Numbered from the stretch's first letter, positions 29,056 through 39,398 are shown. The stretch: DNA of 64,000 nt from an uncultured Candidatus Babeliaceae bacterium (GCA_963704655.1 OY969927.1:448001-512000); one strand, 5' to 3'. A program made the numbers and translations. The notes: generated by a model from the letters alone, not told the origin.

Positions 29056-29514
29056 CTAAAATGGTAATTCGTCATCAAATGGTGGTTCGTCTTTAAAGAC
29101 AGCGGCACCTTTAGTAGTTGCTCCAGTTGTTGGTGCAGAAGCATCAGAAAAACCTTCCATAGAAGTTGTCTCTGCTGCTTGTCCAGTACTAAGAAAGACA
29201 ACATTTTCAGCCATAATAGAATGTTTGCTGCGCATTTTGCCATCGGTAGCATCTTTCCAAGAATCAAACTTCAATCTGCCTTCGATAAGTACCGGTCTGC
29301 CTTTTTGCAAATACTGCGCACAGTTGTCTGCTTGAGGTCCCCAGACTACGATATCAACGTAACAAACTTCTTGAACAACGGCACCTGTTTGTCTGTTTTT
29401 ATATTGACGGTTAGATGCCAAGCTCATGCGGCACACATTTGCAGCGCCAACTTGTTTTAATTCTGGGTCACGGGTTAAGTTACCCACCATAACTACTTTA
29501 TTATATCCTGCCAT
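29056..29514 (-). CDS. ssb: Single-stranded DNA-binding protein
   Basis: NKVVMVGNLTRDPEL; acidic tail DDELPF. Confidence 0.97.
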   Translation of the reverse strand: MAGYNKVVMVGNLTRDPELKQVGAANVCRMSLASNRQYKNRQTGAVVQEVCYVDIVVWGPQADNCAQYLQKGRPVLIEGRLKFDSWKDATDGKMRSKHSIMAENVVFLSTGQAAETTSMEGFSDASAPTTGATTKGAAVFKDEPPFDDELPF

Positions 29515-29516
29515 GC

Positions 29517-29891
29517 TTATGTTCCTTTTAAAAAGTTAAGAAGTTTTGTTAGATGATTTAAATTTTTTTGCGCTTCTGCCACCATGGCATGAGCCTCTTG
29601 CACACTTTGCTGTAATGCCTTGTGCGTAGCGCCAGAAAAAGAGCCTTTGGTGTCACCGTCAACAAGTTCCCGCATGCGATGCAAAAGCTGCTGCTGCGCC
29701 TGGGCCAAAAGCTGAATCTGCTCGGTGATTAAGTGCGCCAACTCTTCAAGTAAAACTCCAAGTTCTTCTTTAAGATGCCCAGAAGTCTTATGATACAAGG
29801 ATTTTTTAGAAACCACAAAAGTTTCTTCAGAATTTATCGGCATGCAAGAAAACATGGTGATAATAATTGCAAAATTAGTTACACGATTCAT
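29517..29891 (-). CDS. Hypothetical helical protein
   Basis: Tightly packed in the mnmA-pgsA-ssb run; signal-like N-terminus. Confidence 0.6.
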   Translation of the reverse strand: MNRVTNFAIIITMFSCMPINSEETFVVSKKSLYHKTSGHLKEELGVLLEELAHLITEQIQLLAQAQQQLLHRMRELVDGDTKGSFSGATHKALQQSVQEAHAMVAEAQKNLNHLTKLLNFLKGT

Positions 29892-29905
29892 GATAATTAT
29901 AAGAT

Positions 29906-30457
29906 TTACGGTTTATACACAATACGATATCCAACTTTAACATAATCGATAAGTGCATACAATGTAACCAGAGTTACTAGTATGGGCACAGCCGTTAAAA
30001 AAGTGGGAATCTGTAGTTCAGTATACCGCGTAAAAAAAAGAAGCAAACAGTAAAATACTTGAAATACCATGGCAACTTTGCCAGAAATGCGTGCCGCCGA
30101 CGGTTTATAATTGCACCAGGCCATTATAGTTGCACCAACAAACATAAGTATCTCTTTTGCCCAGAGAAAAATAATAAACCATGCAGGAACAATACCAGCA
30201 TACTTATACCAAAGCACCGTAAACGTACTCAGTATAAATAGTTTATCGGCTACCGGGTCAAGTAGCGCACCAAGAGCAGACTCTTGGTTAAACTTACGGG
30301 CAATATAGCCGTCAAGCACATCCGAAAATGCAGCTACGGCCGCCACGAAAGCCGCCAATAAAAAATAATTATTAAGTAATAGATAGATAATAGGCACAAC
30401 TAAAATAATGCGCGCGATAGTTATATACGTTGCAAAAGTTATTACAGGAAGCTTCAT
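29906..30457 (-). CDS. CDP-alcohol phosphatidyltransferase (PgsA/cardiolipin synthase-like)
   Basis: DVLDGYIAR....S.LGALLDPVADK signature. Confidence 0.92.
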   Translation of the reverse strand: MKLPVITFATYITIARIILVVPIIYLLLNNYFLLAAFVAAVAAFSDVLDGYIARKFNQESALGALLDPVADKLFILSTFTVLWYKYAGIVPAWFIIFLWAKEILMFVGATIMAWCNYKPSAARISGKVAMVFQVFYCLLLFFTRYTELQIPTFLTAVPILVTLVTLYALIDYVKVGYRIVYKP

Positions 30458-31503
30458 GAAATTATTCCAGAAGCAACACAGCGGTCACCAGAATAAAGCA
30501 CGGCAAACTGCCCTGCTGCGATACCTTGGTCCTGCTCACTTAAAACTATATGTGCACGATTATCCGGAAGATAGGTAATAGTTGCCGGAATTTTTTTTGG
30601 CCCATGACGTAACTTTACCAAGAACTCTGACTTTTTATCTTCACCTGAAAGCCAGGCAAGATCTTCAACCTCAAACGTGTCCCGCTGCTTATCGGGCTCA
30701 TAATATTTTTTAGAGATATACACCGTATGGGTAGCCAAATCTTTTGACACAACATACCAAGGTCCACCAGCAAGCCCAATTCCCTGGCGCTGGCCAACTG
30801 TATAAAACCAAGCACCCTTATGTTTGCCCAAAATCGATTCTGTTTCAAATTCAACTAATTTTCCAGGATGCTCTCCAAGATGAAATTGCACAAACTCAGA
30901 AAATTTAAGTTTGCCTAAAAAACAGATCCCTTGAGAATCCTTACGGGCCTTATTGGGTAAATCAGCAGCATGCGCATAGTCGCGCAACTCGGGTTTTGTC
31001 ATACCCCCGATAGGGAAAAGCGCTTTTTGTAACTGTTTTTGTGAAAGACGGGCAAGGAAATAGGTCTGATCTTTTACTGCATCGGGTGACTGGTACAAAT
31101 AAGTAACCCCGTCAACTACCTGGGTTTGCGCATAATGGCCGGTAGCTATGGCATCAAATTGATCCGCAAACAGCTCATAAAAAGCACCAAATTTTACTTG
31201 CTGATTACACATGATATCTGGGTTTGGGGTTCGCCCCTTTTTTATCTCAGAAAGAGTATAAGAGACCACTCTGTCCCAATACTGTTTTTGAAAAGAAACA
31301 ACTTCAAGTTTAACATTAAGTTTTTCGCAGACAGCACGAACATAAACAAGATCTTCTTCCCAGGGACAAGTTCCCAGGAAAGCAAGTTCATCTTCTAACC
31401 AGATTTTAAGGTAAAAGGCGGTAACGGTATGCCCCTGCTGCACGAGCTTGTGCAAAGCAACAGAGCTATCCACCCCACCAGATATAAGCATTGCGATATT
31501 CAT
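30454..31503 (-). CDS. mnmA: tRNA 2-thiouridylase MnmA
   Basis: SGGVDSSVA, TPNPDIMCN, ATGHYA, KDQTYFL, DSQGICF; likely start at ATG 31503. Confidence 0.96.
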   Translation of the reverse strand: MNIAMLISGGVDSSVALHKLVQQGHTVTAFYLKIWLEDELAFLGTCPWEEDLVYVRAVCEKLNVKLEVVSFQKQYWDRVVSYTLSEIKKGRTPNPDIMCNQQVKFGAFYELFADQFDAIATGHYAQTQVVDGVTYLYQSPDAVKDQTYFLARLSQKQLQKALFPIGGMTKPELRDYAHAADLPNKARKDSQGICFLGKLKFSEFVQFHLGEHPGKLVEFETESILGKHKGAWFYTVGQRQGIGLAGGPWYVVSKDLATHTVYISKKYYEPDKQRDTFEVEDLAWLSGEDKKSEFLVKLRHGPKKIPATITYLPDNRAHIVLSEQDQGIAAGQFAVLYSGDRCVASGIIS

Positions 31504-31631
31504 AGTGCTTTTAGTATAGCAGATTATGCAAAAAAGACGAACCACGACATAATTGAAGTATTGCAAATAGAAATTTATATAAACTATACTTAAAGTAAAT
31601 AGTTAATTATAAAAACAAAAGGGGCACTCAT

Positions 31632-32393
31632 ATGATAAATTGGCACCATTTAATTACTCTGGGTTTATTGTTAATGCCCCTGCTGCAAGCAATCGAAGTC
31701 CCCATTGTGCCGGATATTAATTATCTGCATCAAAGTAAGGATATGGTAAATAATGCATTATTAAACAAGCAACCGGTACCATCTGAAAAAGAACTTGCAG
31801 ATTTACGTGACTACCTGGTTAAAATTGCATTTCATATGACGCCTGCAACCCAAAATGATCGAAAAATACTCAATCTAGCAAAATATATGTTAGCGTTCAT
31901 GATGATAAATGGCTTGGGTGGCCCTCTATATCCTGATGATGCAGTTACCATGCTAGAAGAGATTCTTAACAGCTATTCTCATAATCCAAACGATTTTGAT
32001 GACTACCTACAAGAGAATTTCCTAAAAAAGGGCATCGCTCATCTTACTCATGCAATTGAATTTCATGTGGTGGACAATTGGTATGCGGCACGTCTAACTT
32101 TAGCACACTTCCTGATGAAAAGAGGCTTACCTGAAGACATTGAAAATGCAATAATAGCATTAAACGATATCATTATGCCCCTTCCAGAAAAAGAAATAGA
32201 CATAGCACTTATCAACAGGGCAAAAATCGATCTCGCAGATATATATCTCAGATTATTAAAAAATCCAACCAATCATCAAAAATGGGAAGGCTACTCAAAC
32301 GCTCAATTTGTAAAAAATTACTATGAGCATAACCGTAGCGGCGTTTACGAAGATGATTACCAAAAAGCGCTTCAGTTCTTGGATGCCATATAA
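31632..32393 (+). CDS. Hypothetical secreted helical-repeat protein
   Basis: Signal peptide; Sel1/TPR-like helices. Confidence 0.6.
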   Translation: MINWHHLITLGLLLMPLLQAIEVPIVPDINYLHQSKDMVNNALLNKQPVPSEKELADLRDYLVKIAFHMTPATQNDRKILNLAKYMLAFMMINGLGGPLYPDDAVTMLEEILNSYSHNPNDFDDYLQENFLKKGIAHLTHAIEFHVVDNWYAARLTLAHFLMKRGLPEDIENAIIALNDIIMPLPEKEIDIALINRAKIDLADIYLRLLKNPTNHQKWEGYSNAQFVKNYYEHNRSGVYEDDYQKALQFLDAI

Positions 32394-32420
32394 AAGCAAA
32401 GCTCCACGTAAAAATAATTA

Positions 32421-32449
32421 TTGCAATTTGAAATATTTAAATATATAAT
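32421..32449 (+). promoter_or_regulatory. Sigma70-type promoter upstream of a structured RNA / argS leader
   Basis: TTGCAA-17 nt-TATAAT. Confidence 0.6.
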
Positions 32450-32455
32450 AAAAAT

Positions 32456-32549
32456 TAGATATTAGATTTTGTTCCCGACTAAGAAAGGGTCAGATTCAGA
32501 CGTACTCACTGAATCTATTTTAACAACCAAGCCCTTTCTTAGTTTTTTA
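32456..32549 (+). ncRNA. Candidate small structured RNA or attenuator
   Basis: 12-bp stem 32478-32489/32532-32543 encloses an 8-bp hairpin and is followed by a T-tract. Confidence 0.35.
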
Positions 32550-32644
32550 TATCTCCACATGGACAGTTTTTCATCTTCATGCTACTTTTTAATAAACAGT
32601 TTTTTTAAAAAAATAATGCGCGTAAGCGCACCAAAAGTAATTTC

Positions 32645-34285
32645 ATGAACAGTCTCAATATTCTTATTCAAGCATTTAAAAATCATATTATTCAGTTATA
32701 CCCAAGCGTAAGCATTGCCTGCGACGTTACCCTTAATGTTGATCCACAACGTCAACAATTTGGTGATCTTTCTTGTAATGCAGCAATGCTTTATGCAAAA
32801 GAGCTTAAAGCAAATCCACGCGCTATTGCACAACAGATAATTCAAGATTTTAAACACCCATTAGTAAAAAATGTCGAAATCGCAGGCCCCGGTTTTATTA
32901 ATATCACCGTTACCGATAGTTTCTTTCCCCAACTTCTTACGGAACTGCAAACGCAGGGTGACAATTTTTTTAAACTCGATAAAGATTATTCTTTTAAAAA
33001 ATTTAATATAGAGTTTGTCAGCGCAAACCCAACGGGCCCTTTACATCTCGGGCATGGCCGCGGTGGCATTATTGGCGATGTTCTTGGTACCATTTTACGC
33101 TTTCTGGGCCATACCGTTACTAAAGAGTTTTATATCAATGACGCGGGTAACCAAATAGAAAAACTCGGAGCATCATTTAAAATTCGCTGCCAACAAGAGC
33201 TTGGATATTCTGTAGAAATTCCTGAAGATGGTTACCATGGTGAATATCTTAAAGAACTGGCACAACAGGCTCATGCTGAACTCGGCGATAAACTGGCAAC
33301 ACAACCAGATTCTTTTTATGCTATCTACGCAAAAGAATATTTATTACAAAAAATCAAAGAAACTCTTGCAGCCTATGGCATCGTTTTTGATGTCTGGTTC
33401 TCAGAAAAAACATTACACAATTCTGGCGCAATTACCAAAGGATTAGAGATTATCAAAAAAAATGGTTATCTCTATGAAAAAGATGGTGCCGAATGGCTGA
33501 AGTCAACTGAATTTGGCGATGACAAAGACCGTGTCTTAAAAAAGGCTACTGGCGAGCTGACCTATGTTGCTGCAGATGTTGCTTATTTAGAAAATAAAAT
33601 TGAACGCGGCGCAGATAAACTCATCATAATTTTAGGACAAGACCATCACAGTTATGTAGTACGTCTTAAAGCCGTATTACAAGCGCTTGGCAAAGATCCG
33701 AATATGCTTGATGTTATTTTATATCAACTTGTTACCATTAAAGAATCTGGCCAACAAGTGCGCCTTTCAAAGCGTGCAGGCAAAATAGTTTCACTTGAAG
33801 ATATTACTGAAAATGTCGGCAAAGATGTGGCACGCTTTTTTTACTTACACAGAAAAGCTGATGCACATTTAGAATTTGATATTGCCCTTGCACTTTCACG
33901 CACAGAAGAAAACCCGGTGTATTATATTCAATATGCCTATGTTCGCACACTCAGTATGCTTGAAAAAGCAGAATCACTTTCTATTAAAGATATCACGTGC
34001 GCAGATGCGGAACATATTACAGAAAAAGAAGCACTCTTAATTAAAAAAATAGTAGCATTAAAACTGTTACTTGAAGATATTTCTCAGCATTATCAAACGC
34101 ATTTATTAACCTATTATGTTCATGATCTTGCACAACTGTTTTCAACCTATTATGGCAGCACCAAAGTTATCGATACCAATAATATTCCCGTAACCCGCGC
34201 ACGGCTTTTAGTTGTTATGCAATTACGTGATACCTTTAATCTCTGCCTACGCCTTCTTGGCGTTGGAACACCTGACAAGATGTAG
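32645..34285 (+). CDS. argS: Arginine--tRNA ligase
   Basis: EFVSANPTGPLHLGHGR, LSKRAG, NPVYYIQYAY.R. Confidence 0.97.
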   Translation: MNSLNILIQAFKNHIIQLYPSVSIACDVTLNVDPQRQQFGDLSCNAAMLYAKELKANPRAIAQQIIQDFKHPLVKNVEIAGPGFINITVTDSFFPQLLTELQTQGDNFFKLDKDYSFKKFNIEFVSANPTGPLHLGHGRGGIIGDVLGTILRFLGHTVTKEFYINDAGNQIEKLGASFKIRCQQELGYSVEIPEDGYHGEYLKELAQQAHAELGDKLATQPDSFYAIYAKEYLLQKIKETLAAYGIVFDVWFSEKTLHNSGAITKGLEIIKKNGYLYEKDGAEWLKSTEFGDDKDRVLKKATGELTYVAADVAYLENKIERGADKLIIILGQDHHSYVVRLKAVLQALGKDPNMLDVILYQLVTIKESGQQVRLSKRAGKIVSLEDITENVGKDVARFFYLHRKADAHLEFDIALALSRTEENPVYYIQYAYVRTLSMLEKAESLSIKDITCADAEHITEKEALLIKKIVALKLLLEDISQHYQTHLLTYYVHDLAQLFSTYYGSTKVIDTNNIPVTRARLLVVMQLRDTFNLCLRLLGVGTPDKM

Positions 34286-34338
34286 TCAAGAGCAAAATAA
34301 TATTAACGAAATATAACTAAGCTTTCATCCTCAAAAGT

Positions 34339-35047
34339 GTGTCACCCTGATACTTCGACTGGTGTGTAAACGCACTATTTTTGCTTAGTACTAAAGACCA
34401 GTTGAACTTGCCTGCCTGCCGCCGTTTCATTCTTATGCTTCGACTTGCCTTTAGTATTGAGCTTGTCGAAATATCAGCACGTGGGTTTACTCCTGAGCCT
34501 GACGAAGGGCTCGCTCATCCTGATACTTCGACTAACGCTCAGCAGTAAAGGCTCGCTCATCCTGAGCTTGTCGAAGGGTTAGCGCGAATATTTAAATTAT
34601 ATTTAATAATAAAAATGTTATAATTAATCTAAGTTTAAATTTTATAAAGTGTAAGAAAATGTCGGATCAAGTTTTTTATTTATATATCCTACAATGTAAC
34701 GACCAATCATATTATGTTGGCCATACTGATGATATCGAAAAGCGTATTGCTGATCATGCTGCCGGTCTGTGTGGTTATACTTCAAAAAGATTACCTGTAA
34801 AATTAATTCATATTGATCAATTTCAAGCGCGGGACGAAGCATTTATTGCTGAACATAAAATAAAAGGCTGGACTAGAAAGAAGAAAGAGGCTTTTATGCA
34901 AAAAAAATTTGATGAATTAATTAGGTTATCTAATTTTAAAAAAGAAATTATTTAAACTATATACTTTACGCTAATTCGCTAACCCTTCGACAAGCTCAGG
35001 ATGAGCGAGCCTTTAGTACTGAGTTTATCGAAGTATCAGGGTGACAC
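34339..35047. mobile_element. REP-flanked GIY-YIG cassette B
   Basis: Left arm 34339-34584 and right arm 34977-35047; perfect 39-bp inverted repeat 34546-34584/34977-35015; outer ends GTGTCACCCTGATACTTCGA also inverted. Confidence 0.8.
34659..34955 (+). CDS. Stand-alone GIY-YIG nuclease
   Basis: YLYILQC.D.SYYVGHTDDIEKR...H, EAFIAEHKIKGWTRKKKEA. Confidence 0.93.
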   Translation: MSDQVFYLYILQCNDQSYYVGHTDDIEKRIADHAAGLCGYTSKRLPVKLIHIDQFQARDEAFIAEHKIKGWTRKKKEAFMQKKFDELIRLSNFKKEII

Positions 35048-35115
35048 CTTTAGCGCCACAAGAGCTTAGTACTCCCTACATAAACAAATGGGGTTCTATA
35101 ATACTTTTTTATTAA

Positions 35116-36477
35116 CTAGTTTTGCTGAGTATGATCAAATACTTTTACTGGCTGATATTCACCATGCATTCCGCATAATGCGTGATAAAAATGCGCAACA
35201 TAGAGTATTGGAACCTGCCACTGAATAGCACGGTAGCGAGCGCACATAAGCATTTGATAGCGCATATAATCACGCTTGAGCCAACTATCGTTACAGAATG
35301 CAATTATAGAAGTATTCTGCTGAAGTTCGTGGTCTGGGTAAGTATTAAAAAACAGTTCTGAGCAAATATAGGGCACTATTTTTAAATTTTTGGTAATCTG
35401 CCAAAAGGGGCGCCTGCGGGTGCTTGGGTGTATGCCGATAAAATTTTTAAAAAAATATGCATGTGCCCCACGTTCAGTAAGTGCCATTGCATGCCGTTTA
35501 TCAAATAAATCAATCAAAACACCATCATGAATCCAATAAACGGTATTTCGATATTTGCCATTATCCCATCTAAAGCCGCCAGTAAGTATGGTAACCGACT
35601 TACCAAGCTGTTCTTGGTTTAAAAGAGCAACAACCTGTGGCTCACCGGGTAAAATCGGACACCGAATGGCAGTTTCATGAAAAAGAATCATATCACTTTC
35701 AGGGTACTGCTTTAAAAGCGCTTTACAATAATCACGAATCGCTCTTCCTGTATGCATAACAGAATCATGAGCATTAAAATATTCACGCCCACAGGCAATA
35801 GTAGTATGGTTAATAATATGCGCTCTATGCGTATGCGAAATTATGATACCCATAAGCCACACGCCCACAAAAAACAGAACTGCTAGCCAGTAATATCTTC
35901 CCCAGCAAATGGCAGCGCTTATAAACGCCTGGGTAGCGATAAAAATAAATAATAATAAACTTGAACCGATTTTAGGCAACCAAAACAACATGCCAGAATA
36001 TTCTACTAAGGGGACCAGTGGGTTAAAAAGTAGATACCCTTCAACTGCGCCAAGCATAAACAAAGACCCTCGTTCAAGAAACAAGAAAAATAACCAGGTA
36101 AAAATAGCAGCGCAAAATAAACGTACACCTGGTGATTGCGTAATAAAGCGTAGCGATATAAGCAAAAAAAACCAGCTCAAGCCATAACAATAGGCTACGA
36201 GTAAAACCAATACCGGTGGAATAAGTTTAAAAAAAATATTACCAGATCCGCAGCAATAAAGTCCCTCTGCAATAGCCCAAAACTGCAAAGAAAAAGCAAT
36301 GCCAGACCAAATTACTCCATGGAAAATCGTTACTTTATCATGAATGATAAGATAAAAAAGTGGGATTAAAAAAATGCATGCGGCCCACCAAAAAAATTGT
36401 GGCCATAAAAAGGGCATGATATAAAGACACGAGCTTATACAACACAAGTAAAAACCATCTGCATTACAATATTTCAT
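35116..36477 (-). CDS. lnt: Apolipoprotein N-acyltransferase-like protein
   Basis: N-terminal TM bundle plus nitrilase-fold E-K-C triad (FHET, DKRH, ICSE) and NDSW motif. Confidence 0.75.
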   Translation of the reverse strand: MKYCNADGFYLCCISSCLYIMPFLWPQFFWWAACIFLIPLFYLIIHDKVTIFHGVIWSGIAFSLQFWAIAEGLYCCGSGNIFFKLIPPVLVLLVAYCYGLSWFFLLISLRFITQSPGVRLFCAAIFTWLFFLFLERGSLFMLGAVEGYLLFNPLVPLVEYSGMLFWLPKIGSSLLLFIFIATQAFISAAICWGRYYWLAVLFFVGVWLMGIIISHTHRAHIINHTTIACGREYFNAHDSVMHTGRAIRDYCKALLKQYPESDMILFHETAIRCPILPGEPQVVALLNQEQLGKSVTILTGGFRWDNGKYRNTVYWIHDGVLIDLFDKRHAMALTERGAHAYFFKNFIGIHPSTRRRPFWQITKNLKIVPYICSELFFNTYPDHELQQNTSIIAFCNDSWLKRDYMRYQMLMCARYRAIQWQVPILYVAHFYHALCGMHGEYQPVKVFDHTQQN

Positions 36478-36485
36478 GGTAATTA

Positions 36486-36520
36486 AAAAAAAAGGGTAGA
36501 GAAATTGATTTCTCTACCCT
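36486..36520 (-). terminator. Rho-independent terminator
   Basis: AGGGTAGAGAAAT-tg-ATTTCTCTACCCT with a T-tract on the minus strand. Confidence 0.75.
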
Positions 36521-36558
36521 ACCAAATTGAGTACTATTAATTAAATAAAATTCTTTTT

Positions 36559-37212
36559 TTATTTAACATCGGTCCATTTCCACAAGTCTTTATTTGATTC
36601 ATCCTGTAAAACTAAAGCCCCATTTGCAACTGTCAAAAGTATATTCATAGAGTTACACGCAATGCCAGAACCTCCAAGACCAAAGCTATGGTAATAGGTT
36701 TTAGTGGTCTTAGTTGCAGGCCGAGTACTATACGCATTACCGCCTAAAGTGGTAGTATATTTAAACTCAATACGCTTAAAACATACTGGGTAACCCAACT
36801 GCGAATTAAGGGCAGCTTTGGTAACTTCTTCTGGAATAAGGCCCTCTGATAGTTCCTTCATGCCTTTTCCTAACACTTCACCAGCTGCCTCAACGGACAT
36901 CTTTGATATCATACCTAAACGATCTTTTACCGCACAGCTATGGAGTACCAAGAGATTCCCTTTAGGAATTTCAAAATCAACTTTTTGGTCATCATATCCT
37001 GCTAAAGCAAGATATACTGTCCCACCAATAGCTTGATCTGAAGTATTACGAATGGACATTTGCCATCCCTTATTATCACTATCTTGGCAAGGTTCCATCG
37101 CATCTATGTAATAACCATCTTTAGTTTTTAACATATTTGCTTCTGCATGCAAAATTTCGCATGAAGCGCTTAAAAGTAGTATTAATAATACATAAAAATT
37201 ATAGTTTTTCAT
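36559..37212 (-). CDS. Hypothetical secreted protein
   Basis: Signal peptide; Cys pattern shared with the two upstream genes. Confidence 0.7.
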   Translation of the reverse strand: MKNYNFYVLLILLLSASCEILHAEANMLKTKDGYYIDAMEPCQDSDNKGWQMSIRNTSDQAIGGTVYLALAGYDDQKVDFEIPKGNLLVLHSCAVKDRLGMISKMSVEAAGEVLGKGMKELSEGLIPEEVTKAALNSQLGYPVCFKRIEFKYTTTLGGNAYSTRPATKTTKTYYHSFGLGGSGIACNSMNILLTVANGALVLQDESNKDLWKWTDVK

Positions 37213-37595
37213 TAATGCTTCCCTTCAACTAATTTAAACTGTTTACTGTTACCAGATGCTGGAAAAATCGTTCCTTGGTAATCTCCACATAACATAGAAA
37301 AACCTGTACTTGGTAATGAAACCTCACCTACTGTATCACCAGAGTTGACAGAAACTTCATAAACATATTCACCAGCTTTAATGGTTAGCTTATTCACACA
37401 ACAAGCACCGGTCTGAAATGTAAAAGAAGCGTTCGGTGCAATGGCACCAGAAGGTTGCACATTAGAGCAAACAAATTTAGAAATCTCTAAAAATATCGTG
37501 CCAGGGGTTTTATTATAAAAAGTATAACTATACCCAACTATCTCTGTTGCCATGCCACAAAAGAGCATGAGTAGAGAAATTATTATTTTTTTCAT
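37212..37595 (-). CDS. Small secreted beta-rich protein
   Basis: AAGGAG RBS; signal peptide; YTFYNKT, CC and LC motifs. Confidence 0.7.
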   Translation of the reverse strand: MKKIIISLLMLFCGMATEIVGYSYTFYNKTPGTIFLEISKFVCSNVQPSGAIAPNASFTFQTGACCVNKLTIKAGEYVYEVSVNSGDTVGEVSLPSTGFSMLCGDYQGTIFPASGNSKQFKLVEGKH

Positions 37596-37619
37596 TTTTT
37601 TACTCCTTAATTTAAATAA

Positions 37620-37985
37620 TTATTCAACTAATAAAATTATGAGACCATTTTCATCATATTGTGCCGTTATGTTAAGATCCCTACAAGCCAAATCAGCACC
37701 TGTTGTAGGAATATTACTCCACCCTGGTTTAGTAGCTATTTTACCCAACCTAGCTGTGGTCATTTCAAAACCATCCAAACAATAGATCCCAGTGCCCCAT
37801 TCAATAGTTTTGCCTGGAGCGATATTATCTTGCGAATTCTTTCCAGACCATGCCGCTGACATGGTTACATTTTTTATTGTTTCCTTGAGCCCATTTTTAA
37901 ATTTATAGTTATAAGCTTGGGTATGCGCACCCATCATAAGAGCACATAAGACCACAAAAGCCTTAACTTGACGGTTATTTAACAT
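37620..37985 (-). CDS. Small secreted beta-rich protein
   Basis: AAGGAG RBS before ATG 37985; signal peptide; YKFKN, YC and AC motifs. Confidence 0.7.
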   Translation of the reverse strand: MLNNRQVKAFVVLCALMMGAHTQAYNYKFKNGLKETIKNVTMSAAWSGKNSQDNIAPGKTIEWGTGIYCLDGFEMTTARLGKIATKPGWSNIPTTGADLACRDLNITAQYDENGLIILLVE

Positions 37986-38244
37986 AAAACTCTCCTTGTT
38001 TTTTAATAAAAACTTATTTTTCCTGTAGTACCATGAGTACCATGTCATTTTAAGCATATATATAAATATTTATATTAGTCAATATATATTAAATAAATAC
38101 ATCTTTTATAAGCCCCTTTAAGGTGAAAATACAGGTTTGCGCATTAAATTTATTGACAAATCAGATTAAAATATAGGATCCTGATAATGTATAGGTTTAA
38201 TATAATTAAAATAATTAAAGTAAAAAAAATAAAGGAAATATGGT

Positions 38245-38721
38245 ATGAAAAATACTATTTTACTCAAAGGTGCGCTCGCACTTACTATTATAACAACAGG
38301 TTTGTTACACGCTGGCGCTACGACACAATTAATAGTTAATAAAGCTATTGATCTTGGTACGGCACCTGCTGTAAAAGTTGTATGTGATGCATATGGCAAA
38401 CAAGGTGTTCAGGTAGCTAAAGGTATGAATTCAACGGTAACTGGATTAAAAGATACTGCTAAAAAAGTCTGTTGCCGATTCTCGGGTTTCAGAAAAGATC
38501 ATCCAAATGTTACAAGAGATGTATTTGATGGCTGTAAGGGTATTGAAATTGACAATGCACCTTCTGAAGAAGACGCATGTGCATTTGTTGCGATAGGTGG
38601 AAGCTTACTTACCAATTTACCTAAAGCTGTTAAATCAACCTTAGGCGATCGCTGTTGCATATATGAAGATGTAATGTCAGAAAATCCTAAAGCTGCAAAA
38701 TCGCTCGGATGCGAAATATAA
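38245..38721 (+). CDS. Secreted Cys-rich repeat protein
   Basis: Signal peptide; two repeats C..~20..CC..(H/N)P..C. Confidence 0.7.
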   Translation: MKNTILLKGALALTIITTGLLHAGATTQLIVNKAIDLGTAPAVKVVCDAYGKQGVQVAKGMNSTVTGLKDTAKKVCCRFSGFRKDHPNVTRDVFDGCKGIEIDNAPSEEDACAFVAIGGSLLTNLPKAVKSTLGDRCCIYEDVMSENPKAAKSLGCEI

Positions 38722-38821
38722 TAGATTAATTTATGGCATTATTGACAAATTGAATTAATTTGTGCGATACTAAAATTAGATAGTATAATAACTAATATAA
38801 TATAATAAAAAGGAGATCGTA

Positions 38822-39385
38822 ATGAAATTACGTAAAATACAATTAACTCTTGCACTGCTTGTTGCAGCATTAGGCTCACAAGCTCTTTTTGCAGCCACAG
38901 AACCGGCAAATAAAAGTATTATCGATACTTATGCTAAAGGTGTTGAAAATGCACTTAAAGTCGCTGCTGCTAAACCTGAAACTGGTTGTAACGTTATGGG
39001 TACACTTGCTGGTAGATATTTAAAAACAGCTCTTGTAACTCCAGATAACGTTGCATTGGCACAAGTTTATTGCTGTGAAGATGCTAAATTTAAAGATAAA
39101 CATCCTAAAGCTTATGAATCATTGTGCCTTGGTACTTCAACTAATAAAGTTGTAGAAGGTTTAATCGGTAAAGTAGGTGTAGCACCTGCTAAAACTTGCC
39201 CAGTTATCGGTAAACTTGGTAGAACTTTAAATAGTTTAACTGAAGACCAAAAAACAACATTATGTGTAACTTGCGGTGATTTATGGAAAGATAAACACCC
39301 TAAAGCTCGTGAAGTAGTTTGTTCACATATGCAAGAATCAGCTGAAGACGTATTGTCTGAAGAAGATGTTATAGAAGCTGAGTAA
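38822..39385 (+). CDS. Secreted Cys-rich repeat protein
   Basis: AGGAG RBS; two KDKHPKA repeats with flanking Cys. Confidence 0.75.
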   Translation: MKLRKIQLTLALLVAALGSQALFAATEPANKSIIDTYAKGVENALKVAAAKPETGCNVMGTLAGRYLKTALVTPDNVALAQVYCCEDAKFKDKHPKAYESLCLGTSTNKVVEGLIGKVGVAPAKTCPVIGKLGRTLNSLTEDQKTTLCVTCGDLWKDKHPKAREVVCSHMQESAEDVLSEEDVIEAE

Positions 39386-39398
39386 TATTCGTTATCTT

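Noticed and set aside
34339-34584. Repeat cluster as a CRISPR array
   Set aside because: Units are nested and in mixed orientation, without regular spacers.
34339-35047. Classical insertion sequence
   Set aside because: The enclosed ORF is a GIY-YIG nuclease, not a DDE or HUH transposase, and I found no clear short target-site duplication.
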